NCBI GenBank assembly: GCA_965223845.1
Contig: CBDCXR010000004.1
Coordinates: forward strand, 7,488,001 to 7,552,000
DNA from: Planctomycetota bacterium
GTDB taxonomy: Bacteria; Planctomycetota; UBA8108; SXIK01
DNA: 64,000 nt
Reading direction: 5' to 3'
The notes below the pieces were generated by a model that made no database searches, was not told where the DNA came from, and saw only the letters and a program-made list of their open reading frames with translations. Positions 36,693-46,700 of this stretch are shown here, one piece after another. Position numbers and translations under genes: made by a program. Within the stretch, counting starts at the first letter, position 1. Each line of letters begins with the position of its first letter.

Positions 36693-39600
36693 ATGAAGCC
36701 CCGTCGCCAACAACTCCAAACACTCTGTCCCGACGTCGACGCCGAGTTCATCGCGCAGCATCTCCGGCGACTCGACGAGGAGTACTTCGAGCGCTTCCCT
36801 CTCGACCGGGTGACTCGACACCTCAGCGGCCTCGCCAGTCTTTCACCGTCGAAGCCGGCGGAGGTTCTCGTCGAGTTCGGGGCCAGCGGGGGCGTCGAGT
36901 GCACCGTGCTCGCGTTCGACTATCCCTCCGAGTTTTCCCTCGTTACCGGCGTGCTCTTCGCCATGGGACTCAGTATCCGCTCGGGCGATGTCTTCACGTA
37001 CCGCGCGGAAGACGAAGCGCCGACCGCGGCCGTGCGGGGGCGTCGTCCCGGGCGGCCGCGCCCCCCGCAAAAGAAGAGCCCTCTCCACCGGCGGCGCATC
37101 ATCGACCACTTCGTCGGAGTGACGGACAGCGACCGGCCGTCGACGTGGGGGGCGGAAGCGCGCACGAGGCTGCTGGAGGTGATCACCCTCCTCGAGCGCG
37201 GCGATCCCGAATCGGTCGAAGCGGCGAAGCACCGCGTGAACGAGATGGTGACTCGGCGCCTCGCAGCTCTCGACTCGTCGCGGTATCCGGTCTTTTATCC
37301 GGCGAAGCTCGAGATCGACGATACCGTCGAGTCGGCGACGCGGCTGCGCGTTGCCTCGCAGGACACACCGGCCTTTCTGTACGCGGTAAGCAACGCACTC
37401 TCTCTCATGGGACTCGCGATTCAACATGTCCGCATCCGCACACGGGACGGCCAGATCGAGGACGAGATCGATCTCGTCGATCCGAGCGGACAGCCCGTGC
37501 GCGATCCCGATCTTCTCGCTCGGATACAGCTTTCCGTTCTTCTTACGAAGCAGTGCACGTATTTTCTCGACCGAGCGCCCGACCCTTACACGGCGCTCTC
37601 CCGCTTCGAGAAGCTCACCGAGAGTCTGCTGCGCCTACCTCAAACCGGCCACTGGGCCGAGTTGCTCTCGAATCCGAAGGTCCTCAAAGACCTCGCCCGC
37701 ATCCTCGGTGCGAGCGACTTTCTCTGGGAGGATTTCATCCGCATGCAGTACGAGTCGCTGCTGCCGATCTTGACGCCTCACGTCGGCGGCGAGCGGCTGA
37801 GTGATCCGTCGACCTTCGTCGAGCGCCTCGACGCGGAGCTGGAGAATGCGGAGACGTTCGAGGAGAAGCGTGCGGCGGTCAACCGATTCAAGGATCGAGA
37901 GATCTTCCTTCTCGATCTCGACTCGATCCTGAGCGAAGACGTCGATTTTCGAACCTTCGCCGAAGGGCTCACGAGCCTCGCGGAGGCCGTCGTCGCGGCG
38001 TCCCTCGACGTGATCTCCGAGCGGCTTCGCGAGCGTCACGGCGTTCCGCTCGGTGTCGCCGACATCGAGACGCCATGGGCCATGTTCGGCCTCGGAAAGC
38101 TCGGCGGCGCCGCCCTCGGGTACGCGTCCGACATCGAGCTCCTTCTCATCTACGAAGGGAGCGGCCCGACGACCGGTGAGCGGCCGGTGAGCGCGGCCGA
38201 ATACTTTAGCGCGCTCATGCGCGAGCTCGCGCTTTTCATCCAGACGAAGCGCGAAGGGATCTTCGCCGTCGATCTCCGATTGCGTCCGTACGGGAACTCG
38301 GGGCCGCTCGCCTCGAGTCTCGAGAACTTCTGCACCTACTACGGGCCGACGGGGCCCGCCCATCCGTTCGAGCGTCTCGCGCTCGTCCGCCTTCGTCCCA
38401 TCGCCGGGGATCCCGAACTCGGCGCACAAGTGACGCGCCTTCGCGACGAGTTCGTGTACGCGAGCGGCCGCGTCGACTTCGGCGCGCTGCGAGATCTCCG
38501 GCAGCGGCAGTACGCAGAAAAGGCGCGACCTGGAGCCTACAACGCCAAGTTCAGCCCCGGCGCGCTCGTCGATCTCGAGTACACGGTGCAGATTCTCCAG
38601 GTCGTGTACGCGAAGGATGTCGCCGAGCTGAGAAGCCCGCGCATCCACGTCGCGCTCGAGGAGCTCGGAAAGCGCGGGCTCGTCGACATCGATGAATGCC
38701 GCCGGCTCAACGCGGCGTACGATTTTCTCCGCCGGCTCATCAACGGGCTGCGGATGCTGCGCGGATCCGCGCAGGATTTGTTCCTCCCGCCCGCCGATTC
38801 CGACGAGTTCGTTCACCTCGCCCGCCGAATCGGCTACGAGCCCGGCGAGCTCGGCGCCGCGGATCAGCTTCAAGTGGACTTCCAGTCCCACACGGCGACC
38901 GTGCGCACGTTCGTCGAGCACTACCTCGGGCGGGCGTCGCTTCCCGATCCGTTCGCCGGGAACATCGCCGACGTGATTCTCTCGGGTGAACCGCCTGAAG
39001 AACTTTGGCGTCCGACTCTCGAGCGCGCGGGCTTTCGCGACCCGGAGCGGGCATTTCGCAATTGGTTGGGACTTTCGAGCCGCGGGTCGCGAGCGGAGTT
39101 CGCGCGCCTCGCGGTCCTCGCCGCGGATCGGCTCGGCGGCGAGCCGGACGCCGACATGGCGCTCAACAACTGGGAGCGCTTCGTCTCGTCGCTCGACGAT
39201 CCGCCCGCGCATTTCCGTCAACTGCGCGCGCAGCCGCAGCGGCTCGGAATCCTGCTCGGGATCTTTTCGCGGAGCCAGTTCCTCGCCGAGACGCTGATCC
39301 GTCGACCGGAAGAGTTCGACTGGATCACCGCGGCCGAGACGCTGCGCGAGGCGCCATCGGCTCGCCGCCACCGGAGCGCTCTGCGACGAGTATCGTCGTC
39401 TTGCGACGGTGCCGGAGAGCGCTTGGACGCGATTCGCCGGTATCGGCAGCGCGAGCTCCTTCGCATCGGCACGCGCGACATGATCCTCGGAGTCGACACC
39501 GCTTCGATCATGGCAGAGCTCTCCGTGCTCGCCGACACGATCGTGCAGGCGACCCTAGACGAAATCTGGGCGGAGTTCGGTGCGAGTGGGGAGACGCGCG

Positions 39601-40481
39601 ATCGACTCTGCGTGCTCGCCTTCGGAAAGCTCGGCGGCGTCGAGCTCAACTACAGCTCCGATATCGATCTCATCGGAGTGTACAGCGGGAGCTCGAGTGA
39701 CGGCGCGGCGAGAGAGTTCGCTGCGGTGCTCTCGCGCCTCGCCACCGAGCTTTCACGCGCGACGGGGGAAGGGCGCATGTACCGCGTCGACTTCCGGCTG
39801 CGCCCCTACGGGCGAAGCGGCTCGCTCGTTTCGTCGATTGGGGAGCTCGTCGAGTACTACGAGAAGAAGGCGCGCCTCTGGGAGATTCAGGCGCTCCTCA
39901 AGCTCCGTCCGATCGCCGGCAACACGGACGTGGGGTACGAGCTCCTCGACGCGCTCTACCCGGTGCTCCGTCGGCCGCACGACCGGAGCGAAGTGACGGG
40001 GTCGATTCAGCGTCTGCGCGACGAGGCGGTGCGCAACACCTTGACGCGGTCGCTCGGCTCCGGGATCGACGTCAAGAACGGCACCGGCGGGATCCGGGAC
40101 GTCGAGTTTCTCGTCCAGGGCCTTCAGCTCGTCTCTCTCGCGCGTTCTCCGCGCGTTCTCGGTGGGAACACGCTCGAGGCCCTGTGTTTACTCGCCGACG
40201 AGGAGTTGATCGGAGGCGACATCGCCGCCGATCTCGCGGACGACTACGTGTTCCTTCGCCGCGTTGAGCACTACCTCCAGATTCTTCACGATCGGCAGAT
40301 CCACTCGCTGCCGAGTCGAAAAGAGGAGCGTGAAGCGCTCGCGCGCCGGCTTCAGATCGACGGCGCGGACGCGTTCACCGAGCGTCTCGACGCGTGTCTT
40401 TCTCGAGTCCACCGCGCGTACGTCCGCCACCTCTTCGGTGAGGGCACGGACTCAGGCCGCGAAGCCGGGGACTCGGTGTAG
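36693..40481 (+). CDS. glnE: Glutamine synthetase adenylyltransferase GlnE with N-terminal ACT-like domains
   Basis: Two nucleotidyltransferase motifs (GKLGGAALGYASDIE; GKLGGVELNYSSDID), each with RLRPYG; GlnD-like ACT segments (AFDYPSEFSLVTGVL; SQDTPAFLY); divergent from glnA. Confidence 0.9.
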   Translation: MKPRRQQLQTLCPDVDAEFIAQHLRRLDEEYFERFPLDRVTRHLSGLASLSPSKPAEVLVEFGASGGVECTVLAFDYPSEFSLVTGVLFAMGLSIRSGDVFTYRAEDEAPTAAVRGRRPGRPRPPQKKSPLHRRRIIDHFVGVTDSDRPSTWGAEARTRLLEVITLLERGDPESVEAAKHRVNEMVTRRLAALDSSRYPVFYPAKLEIDDTVESATRLRVASQDTPAFLYAVSNALSLMGLAIQHVRIRTRDGQIEDEIDLVDPSGQPVRDPDLLARIQLSVLLTKQCTYFLDRAPDPYTALSRFEKLTESLLRLPQTGHWAELLSNPKVLKDLARILGASDFLWEDFIRMQYESLLPILTPHVGGERLSDPSTFVERLDAELENAETFEEKRAAVNRFKDREIFLLDLDSILSEDVDFRTFAEGLTSLAEAVVAASLDVISERLRERHGVPLGVADIETPWAMFGLGKLGGAALGYASDIELLLIYEGSGPTTGERPVSAAEYFSALMRELALFIQTKREGIFAVDLRLRPYGNSGPLASSLENFCTYYGPTGPAHPFERLALVRLRPIAGDPELGAQVTRLRDEFVYASGRVDFGALRDLRQRQYAEKARPGAYNAKFSPGALVDLEYTVQILQVVYAKDVAELRSPRIHVALEELGKRGLVDIDECRRLNAAYDFLRRLINGLRMLRGSAQDLFLPPADSDEFVHLARRIGYEPGELGAADQLQVDFQSHTATVRTFVEHYLGRASLPDPFAGNIADVILSGEPPEELWRPTLERAGFRDPERAFRNWLGLSSRGSRAEFARLAVLAADRLGGEPDADMALNNWERFVSSLDDPPAHFRQLRAQPQRLGILLGIFSRSQFLAETLIRRPEEFDWITAAETLREAPSARRHRSALRRVSSSCDGAGERLDAIRRYRQRELLRIGTRDMILGVDTASIMAELSVLADTIVQATLDEIWAEFGASGETRDRLCVLAFGKLGGVELNYSSDIDLIGVYSGSSSDGAAREFAAVLSRLATELSRATGEGRMYRVDFRLRPYGRSGSLVSSIGELVEYYEKKARLWEIQALLKLRPIAGNTDVGYELLDALYPVLRRPHDRSEVTGSIQRLRDEAVRNTLTRSLGSGIDVKNGTGGIRDVEFLVQGLQLVSLARSPRVLGGNTLEALCLLADEELIGGDIAADLADDYVFLRRVEHYLQILHDRQIHSLPSRKEEREALARRLQIDGADAFTERLDACLSRVHRAYVRHLFGEGTDSGREAGDSV

Positions 40482-40525
40482 GCGACGAGGCGCCCGGGTC
40501 GCCGCCGCTGCGTCGACCCGAGGCC

Positions 40526-41035
40526 TCACTCTGCGAAGAACGTGTCCAGTTGGCTCTTTGCCGACTGCGAGAATTCCTGCCCGAGACCGGAGGAGCCGTC
40601 GTCATGGCGCTTTGCGATGTCGCCGAAGATCTCCTGCAGCTTCTCGGCGGCTTCCTTGGCGTAGAGCCTCACCATGCCGATCGTCGTCCGCTCGTCGAAC
40701 ACCGTCGCGAGAATCGTGCGGTCGCCGACCAGGGTGAGCTGGATGTTGTCTTTGCGTCCCTGATGGAACAGCACGGAGAACTCATCCTCACCGAGGAGGC
40801 GCGCCATCTCCCGAGTCGCGGCGTAGCTGCCGGCGACGAGCGCGGACACGGCCTGCATGTCGAAGTCGTCCGTGCTCCCGGCCTTCGTCACCAAGTGCCC
40901 TTCCTTATCGATGAGGATGTTGCACTTCGAGTCGGAGAGGTTCAGGAACTCTTTGAGGACGCCGTTGATCTTATCGATGTCATCCTTGTAGAAGACGAGT
41001 CGCTTCTCTCGGATGTTGTCACTGTCCGTAATAAT
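40526..41035 (-). CDS. mglB: MglB (roadblock/LC7 GAP), probable AUU start
   Basis: LVFYKDDIDKINGVL...LIDKEGHL...ALVAGSYAA...LLGEDEF...FHQG...FDERTTIGMVRL...LDTFFAE matches the Myxococcus MglB pattern; AGGAGGT lies 5 nt before ATT at 41035. Confidence 0.85.
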   Translation of the reverse strand: MITDSDNIREKRLVFYKDDIDKINGVLKEFLNLSDSKCNILIDKEGHLVTKAGSTDDFDMQAVSALVAGSYAATREMARLLGEDEFSVLFHQGRKDNIQLTLVGDRTILATVFDERTTIGMVRLYAKEAAEKLQEIFGDIAKRHDDGSSGLGQEFSQSAKSQLDTFFAE

Positions 41036-41122
41036 GGCCCACCTCCTGAGCTCTCAATAGCTCGCTGTATGTTGACTTGTCGCTTCTTGGACCGAAGCGC
41101 CCGGCGAGTACACCCGCGGGTA

Positions 41123-42103
41123 TCACTTTCCGATGAACGAGTCCAGGAGACCGCTGAAGTAGAGGCCGGCCCCGGCCGCGGCGAGGAGCGCGACGGTGAT
41201 CGCAATCCAAAGTCCGGCGGAACTCTTCTGCTTCTTCTTCGGCGGAGCCTTCTTGGTCACAGTCGAACGGGCCGCGGCGCCGGTGCGTCGGCGCACGACC
41301 GAGTCGGCGCCCGCGGGAGCCGCACGTTGAATGGGCTTGACCCCAGGTGAGCTGGTCACCGGTTCGTTCATGACGGGGGCGCCCTGCGTCTGGGCCGCAA
41401 CGTTCGGCGGCTGCGGACGAGTCGGAGCCCCGGCAGCGGGTGCCGCAGCGGCACCGACGGCCACGGCTTCGCGCTGCGGCTGCGCTTGCTTCTTCGGGAC
41501 TCGCACCGCGGTGGAGCTCTGTTGCCGGTTGAGGTTCTCGAGAACCATGGCCGAGAGCTTCTTGAGGGTCGGGAACACGCCCTCGCCCGTCACGGCAACC
41601 GCTTCGAAGTACGGTGATCCGAGGGGATTCAGCTTCTGCTCGAGCTCGGGGACGTCGTAGACGTCGGGGAGATCTCGCTTGTTGTACTGAATGACGAGCG
41701 GGAGCGTCTGGACGTCCATCCCGTACTCCTCGAGGTTCTCCATCAGGTTGGAGAGCGACTCGAGGTTCTCATCCATCTTCCCGCGCCGAGAGTCGGCGAC
41801 GAAGACGATCCCGTCCGCGCCCTGAAGGACGAGCTTCCGGGTCGAGTTGTAATAGACCTGACCCGGGACGGTGTAGATTTGAAACTTCGTCTGCATCCCC
41901 GCGACCGAGCCGAGGTTGAGGGGCAGGAAGTCGAAGAAGAGCGTGCGGTCGCCTTCGGTCGCAATCGAGGTCAGCTCTCCAACGTTGGTGTTCGGAGCCT
42001 TGCTATGAATGACCTCGAGATTGGTCGTCTTCCCGCTCAACCCAGGACCGTAGTAAACGATCTTGCAGTTGACCTCTTTGAGGGCAAAGTTGATCTGTAC
42101 CAT
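41123..42103 (-). CDS. mglA: MglA small GTPase with Pro/Ala-rich linker and C-terminal TM anchor
   Basis: KIVYYGPGLSGKTTNL, DRTLFFDF, YTVPGQV.YNSTRKLVL.GADG, QYNKRD; tail GLWIAITVALLAAAGAGLYF. Confidence 0.93.
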   Translation of the reverse strand: MVQINFALKEVNCKIVYYGPGLSGKTTNLEVIHSKAPNTNVGELTSIATEGDRTLFFDFLPLNLGSVAGMQTKFQIYTVPGQVYYNSTRKLVLQGADGIVFVADSRRGKMDENLESLSNLMENLEEYGMDVQTLPLVIQYNKRDLPDVYDVPELEQKLNPLGSPYFEAVAVTGEGVFPTLKKLSAMVLENLNRQQSSTAVRVPKKQAQPQREAVAVGAAAAPAAGAPTRPQPPNVAAQTQGAPVMNEPVTSSPGVKPIQRAAPAGADSVVRRRTGAAARSTVTKKAPPKKKQKSSAGLWIAITVALLAAAGAGLYFSGLLDSFIGK

Positions 42104-42133
42104 CGCTTGTGTTGCTCCAGTCCGTCCCTACGG

Positions 42134-42484
42134 CTACGCGATTTGACGGTTTTGGATATCGTCCATCGCCTGCTCGATCGCCACGATTCGGCTGGCGATC
42201 TGTGTGTTCGGTTGAGTGACGACGACCAAGAACGCCTTCTGCATGTCGAAGAAAACCAGCTTGCCTTTGCTCGCGTTGAGCGTGCAGTACGTGAAGCCGC
42301 TCGTCACTTGCAACTCGCCGAGACCTCGCTTGAGAGTGACGAGGAGCGACGACGCGAACGCCGCCACCGATTCTTCCTCGAGGTCTCCGCCGAGTTCCGA
42401 GGCCACCATGATCCCGTCGGGAGTGATGACCATGCTCCCGAGCAGGTCGGCGTCACGATTCAGTTTGTTGAGGATGGTGCGCAT
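42134..42484 (-). CDS. Roadblock/LC7 domain protein (MglB/MglC-like)
   Basis: GSMVITPDGIMVASEL...VAAFAS...ASKGKLVF; 116 aa, directly upstream of mglA. Confidence 0.8.
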   Translation of the reverse strand: MRTILNKLNRDADLLGSMVITPDGIMVASELGGDLEEESVAAFASSLLVTLKRGLGELQVTSGFTYCTLNASKGKLVFFDMQKAFLVVVTQPNTQIASRIVAIEQAMDDIQNRQIA

Positions 42485-42514
42485 GATTGTTTCGGCGAAG
42501 TTCCCTGAGCTCGC

Positions 42515-43594
42515 TCAGAGCGCCCGAGCCTCCTGAAGAACGCCGTCCACCTCTTGCTCCAAGGCCTCACCGTGGGGGTATCCGTCGAAGAAGCCGACGA
42601 TTCCCACTTGATCGGACTGTCGGATGAGGACCTGCCAGCCTTCGCCGCAGATGCGACACGACTCGAAGTCGCCGATTCCGATTCTCGACGCACCCTTGGC
42701 GCAGGTGCGCAGCATGCTTTGGGCCGCCTCATTCGAGCTGCCGAACTCGAATTCGTCCTCGGCCAGGATGGCTTTGTTAAGGAATTCGCAGCCGGCGTCG
42801 AAGACGAACACGCCGCTCGCGCCGTCGATGTCTTGAGTCTGTTCGATGACGGACTCGGCGATCGTCGCCGCGTCCTCCGCCGTCTCGTCGTCCGCCGGAC
42901 GCGCCGGAGCGGCGAGATCCGGGCCCGCTCGACTGTCTTCCCGCAGCGCGCGCTCGATATTGCCGAGGAGCTGAATCCCCTTCGGGTCGTTCGGATAAGC
43001 GTCGAGGAGCGCGTGCGCGATCTCCTGCGCGAGCTCGAGATCGCGCGTTCGCGCGAGCATGAGTCCGAGGAGAAGGAGCGTATCGTAGTTCTGAGGCTCC
43101 ACCTGGTACGCCTCGTCGAGGTGCAGCAGGGCGGCTTCCTGGTCGTTTTCGTCCTGCGTCTTGCCGAAGCGATGGAAGTGCAGCTTCCCCAGAAGCAGGT
43201 GAGTCTGCCAATCGTCGGGAAACAAGCGCTCGGCCTGACGAGCGTAGCGCCGAGCGCGCCGGAAGTTCCCGGCCGCGCAGGAGAGATCACAGGCCTTGCC
43301 GAGCAGTCGCTGGGTCGCCGACTTTCGGACGAGGCGAGCGATTCGCTTGAGCGCGCGCGCCGCGTGTCGGCTCTTTACGTCGTCTGCGACGCGCCCGATC
43401 GCTTCGTCGTTCGGAAACCTCCGACGCGCATCCGCCATCAGTTGCACTGCCTTCAGCCCGTGGCCGTGCTTGAGCAGCATGCGCGCAGCGCGGATCGAGT
43501 TCGCGGGTGACGGCTCGTCGCGGTACCGGGCTACGGTTTTCCGAAGCTTCCGTCGACTGGCGGCGCTGAAGAGTTTCGAAACGAGGCCGATCAC
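42515..43594 (-). CDS. TPR protein with C-terminal roadblock-like domain
   Basis: TPR-like helices (AYQVEPQNYDTLLLLG, AYPNDPKG) then IDGASGVFVFD...IGIGDF. Confidence 0.6.
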   Translation of the reverse strand: MIGLVSKLFSAASRRKLRKTVARYRDEPSPANSIRAARMLLKHGHGLKAVQLMADARRRFPNDEAIGRVADDVKSRHAARALKRIARLVRKSATQRLLGKACDLSCAAGNFRRARRYARQAERLFPDDWQTHLLLGKLHFHRFGKTQDENDQEAALLHLDEAYQVEPQNYDTLLLLGLMLARTRDLELAQEIAHALLDAYPNDPKGIQLLGNIERALREDSRAGPDLAAPARPADDETAEDAATIAESVIEQTQDIDGASGVFVFDAGCEFLNKAILAEDEFEFGSSNEAAQSMLRTCAKGASRIGIGDFESCRICGEGWQVLIRQSDQVGIVGFFDGYPHGEALEQEVDGVLQEARAL

Positions 43595-43756
43595 GTTGAC
43601 AATCTCGTAAGCGGGAGTGTGAACAGAAAAACGAAGCGGAACGACTCGTAAAAAGTGCGTTCGAATCGAGGATAGGATGGGGGTGGGAACGGCGCAAACG
43701 ACGCGCCCCCACGGCCCGATCTTGTGTGTTTTGGGAAGTTGAAGTCCGTTAGTCGC

Positions 43757-46700
43757 TCAATCGAGCGCGGTGACGAAGAGCGCGTTGTTCACGGAGCCGA
43801 TGCAGAATCGGCCCTTGTGGACTTCACCCGGTGCCAAGAAGCGAACCTTGTCCTTCGTCGAGTACTGCCAAAGCCGCGAACCGCTCCCGCAGTCGTACGC
43901 GAGCACGCGACCGTTCGTGGTTCCGACGATGAACTGATTCTTGAAAATGATTCCCGACGCCGCGACGGGGTCGGAGAGTTCGATCGACCATCGTCGTTCG
44001 CCGGAGTGCGAAAAGCAGTGGAGCTTTCGATCGGTCGTTGCGACGACGACGGAGTCGCTGTCGGCCGTCGGCGCGGCTGCGACCGGCGCATTCAATTCCT
44101 CGATCTCCCAAAGGAGCCGTGCGCTCTCGAGATCCGCGCAGCCGAGCACTCGGTCGTCGGATATGAAGTAGATCTTGTCGCCGCGAACCGTTCCGGGAAA
44201 ACGCACGCTTCCGCGTCGCGGAGCGACGAAGGATTCGACGTTTCCGGTCGTCGCCGAGATCGCGAGGATCCCGCCAGATCCCGTCAATACGTGGATCCGA
44301 TCTCGGCGCACGAGCGGTTTTCCGAGGAGTGGCCGCGCGCGGTAGGTTTTCGTCCAGAGCTTCTTTCCGGCGGCGATGTCGATCGCCGTGATCGATCGAC
44401 CCCCACCGTTGAGGAACGTGATTCCGTCGCTCGTGACCTGCGACGGGCCGCCGCGGATGGGCAACATGTCCTTCGTCGTCGAAATCTCCGCGACCTCGCG
44501 TCCCGTCACCGCCGAGAGCACGTAGAAGGATCCCGACTGAGTGCCGAAGAGGACGAAGTTCTTCCAGAGTGTGATCTCGCCCGTCACGTCCATGCTGTAG
44601 GCGACGTGGTAGGACCACACCTCTTTCCGTTCGTTCAAATCCACGCAGTAGACGTAACCGTTGCGAGTCCCGAAATAGCCTCGACCGTCGCGAGCCGTGA
44701 TCGGCGTTTCGATGCTGCCGCCGACCGGAAAGCTCCAGTAGGTGTCCTTAACGAGCTCGAGTGCGAGCCGCGGCGTGCTCAGAGGGTCGAACGGACGACC
44801 GTCGACCGTGCTTCTCTCGAGCTCGATCGGCTTGTACCCGTCGCGGCGAAGTACGATATCGGGGGCGGAGTCGCGCGGATTGAGAAGGATCGCGTGAGGT
44901 GTCCGTCCGACGCGCCGACCGTCGACGATGATGTCCGCGTCGGGCGGCGTCGTTTCGATGTAGATCGGGAGCTGCACCGTCTTGCTCTCGACGGCGTTCG
45001 GATAGTGGTAAAGAAGCGCCTTCCGAAGTTGGTGGCACTTAGCGAAGTCGCCTTCGTCGAAGGCCGTCTGGGCGGCGCGCTCGTACTTGGCGGCCTTCCC
45101 GAGGTAGCTCTTGATCCTCTTCTCGAGCGCGACGGCCTCACCCCGTGTCTTCTCCGATAGGTGATCGAAGTCTAGCGAACGGAGGATGCCGATCGATTCA
45201 ACGTATTTGTCGTTCTTGAACGCGATCTGGGCTCGAGTGTACTCCGCTCGCGTCTTGAATCGCTGCTCGCTCGCGAGCTTCTTCTGTCGCTCCCGTGCAT
45301 CGGCCTCGCGTTGGTCGAGCTCGCGGAGGAGGGCATGGGCCTCGCTCTGCGTAGTGGAGAAGCGGAATCGTTGGGTGAAGTCCTCGAGCGCTTCGCGGGC
45401 CTGATCGAAGTCGGCGAGCTCTGCGAGTCGGTGGACCGTGCTCTTCACGTCCGCGAGCGTCGTTCTCGACTGGTGCTCGTGGATGCCCCACAAGGATCCG
45501 AACCCGAGCAGGACTCCGATGAAGAGCATGATCGCGACGACCTTCACGCGAATCTTGCGCGAAGTCTTCGCTCGTCGCTCGACCTCGACGGCGCGCTTCA
45601 GTCGCTGCGCCTCGGCGGGGCAGATCTTCGCGAGGCGTTCGCAGGTCTTGCGCAGGCGTGTGTGATCACGCCGTTCTTCGTAGACGGCGGCCGCCGCGAC
45701 GAAGCACGCGGCGGCGTCGTCGTCCTCGCCAGCGGCCGCGAGGGCTTCGGCGAGATCGTTGAGGATTCCGACTTCCTCGGGGTAGATCTCGACCACTTGC
45801 CGTGCGAGCTCAACGAGGATGCCGGAGTTTTCGGCCTTGACGGCGGCGGCGGTGAGCCGTTTCGCGGCTGCGATCGCCTCGCGATAGCGATCCTGGTTGG
45901 TCTGGATCGCGAAGAGGCTCCACAGCGCCTCGATGTGCTCTGGACAGCGTTCGAGGACTTCGTCCAGATGGTCGAGCGCCTTCTCGGTGTCGACCTCCTC
46001 GTTCTGTCGCGCGAGGTAGAGATGGTGATCGGCGATCTCGCTTGCCGGGCCCTTCGCCTTTCCGAGGAGCTGAATCAGCTTTTGCCGGACGGCGGTATTC
46101 CCGGGATCGTTGAGCAGAATGCTCCGGTAGATCCCTACGGCATCCTTCGGCCGGAGTGACTTGCGCAGCCGCTCGGCGAGCTCCTGCTTTTCTTCGAGCT
46201 GAAGCGGCCGGATCGCTCCGGACGTGAGGAGCTTCGCGAGCAACTCGTAGATTTCGAATCGCGAAATCGTCGAGTTGTCGACGATCGAATGTACCGAGTG
46301 CTCACCCCGGAGATAAGGCGCGACTGCGCTCACGAGCTCGCGAGAAAGCGCGGGGTCGTTGAAGGCCTGGGCGGCCGTCTCGGTCGCGACGTAAATCTCG
46401 GTATCCGAGGGGATCACCTGCTTCAGGCGTCCCCACTCGTCCTCGCGGCGAACGGCCTCCATGAGGATGCTGTTCGCATTGAAGATCAGAACTTCGCCGA
46501 GCTGGTCGGGATTGAAGAGCTCGTAGTCCGTCGGATCCTCGCCGGCGAGGAATTCGTACTTGAGCTTCGGGATGAGAAAGATCTCGAAGAGGAAATCCTC
46601 GAGCTGCTTTCGAAGCTCCGTTTCGACGACGCTCCCCTCGATGATTCGCCGGCTGATGAGAAATTCACCGGGATAGGACGAGCCGGGAACCCACGTCGAA

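Noticed and set aside
40526-40894. ORF-track 122-aa version of MglB
   Set aside because: It would omit the first helix and strand of the roadblock fold; an upstream SD plus ATT explains the full-length protein.
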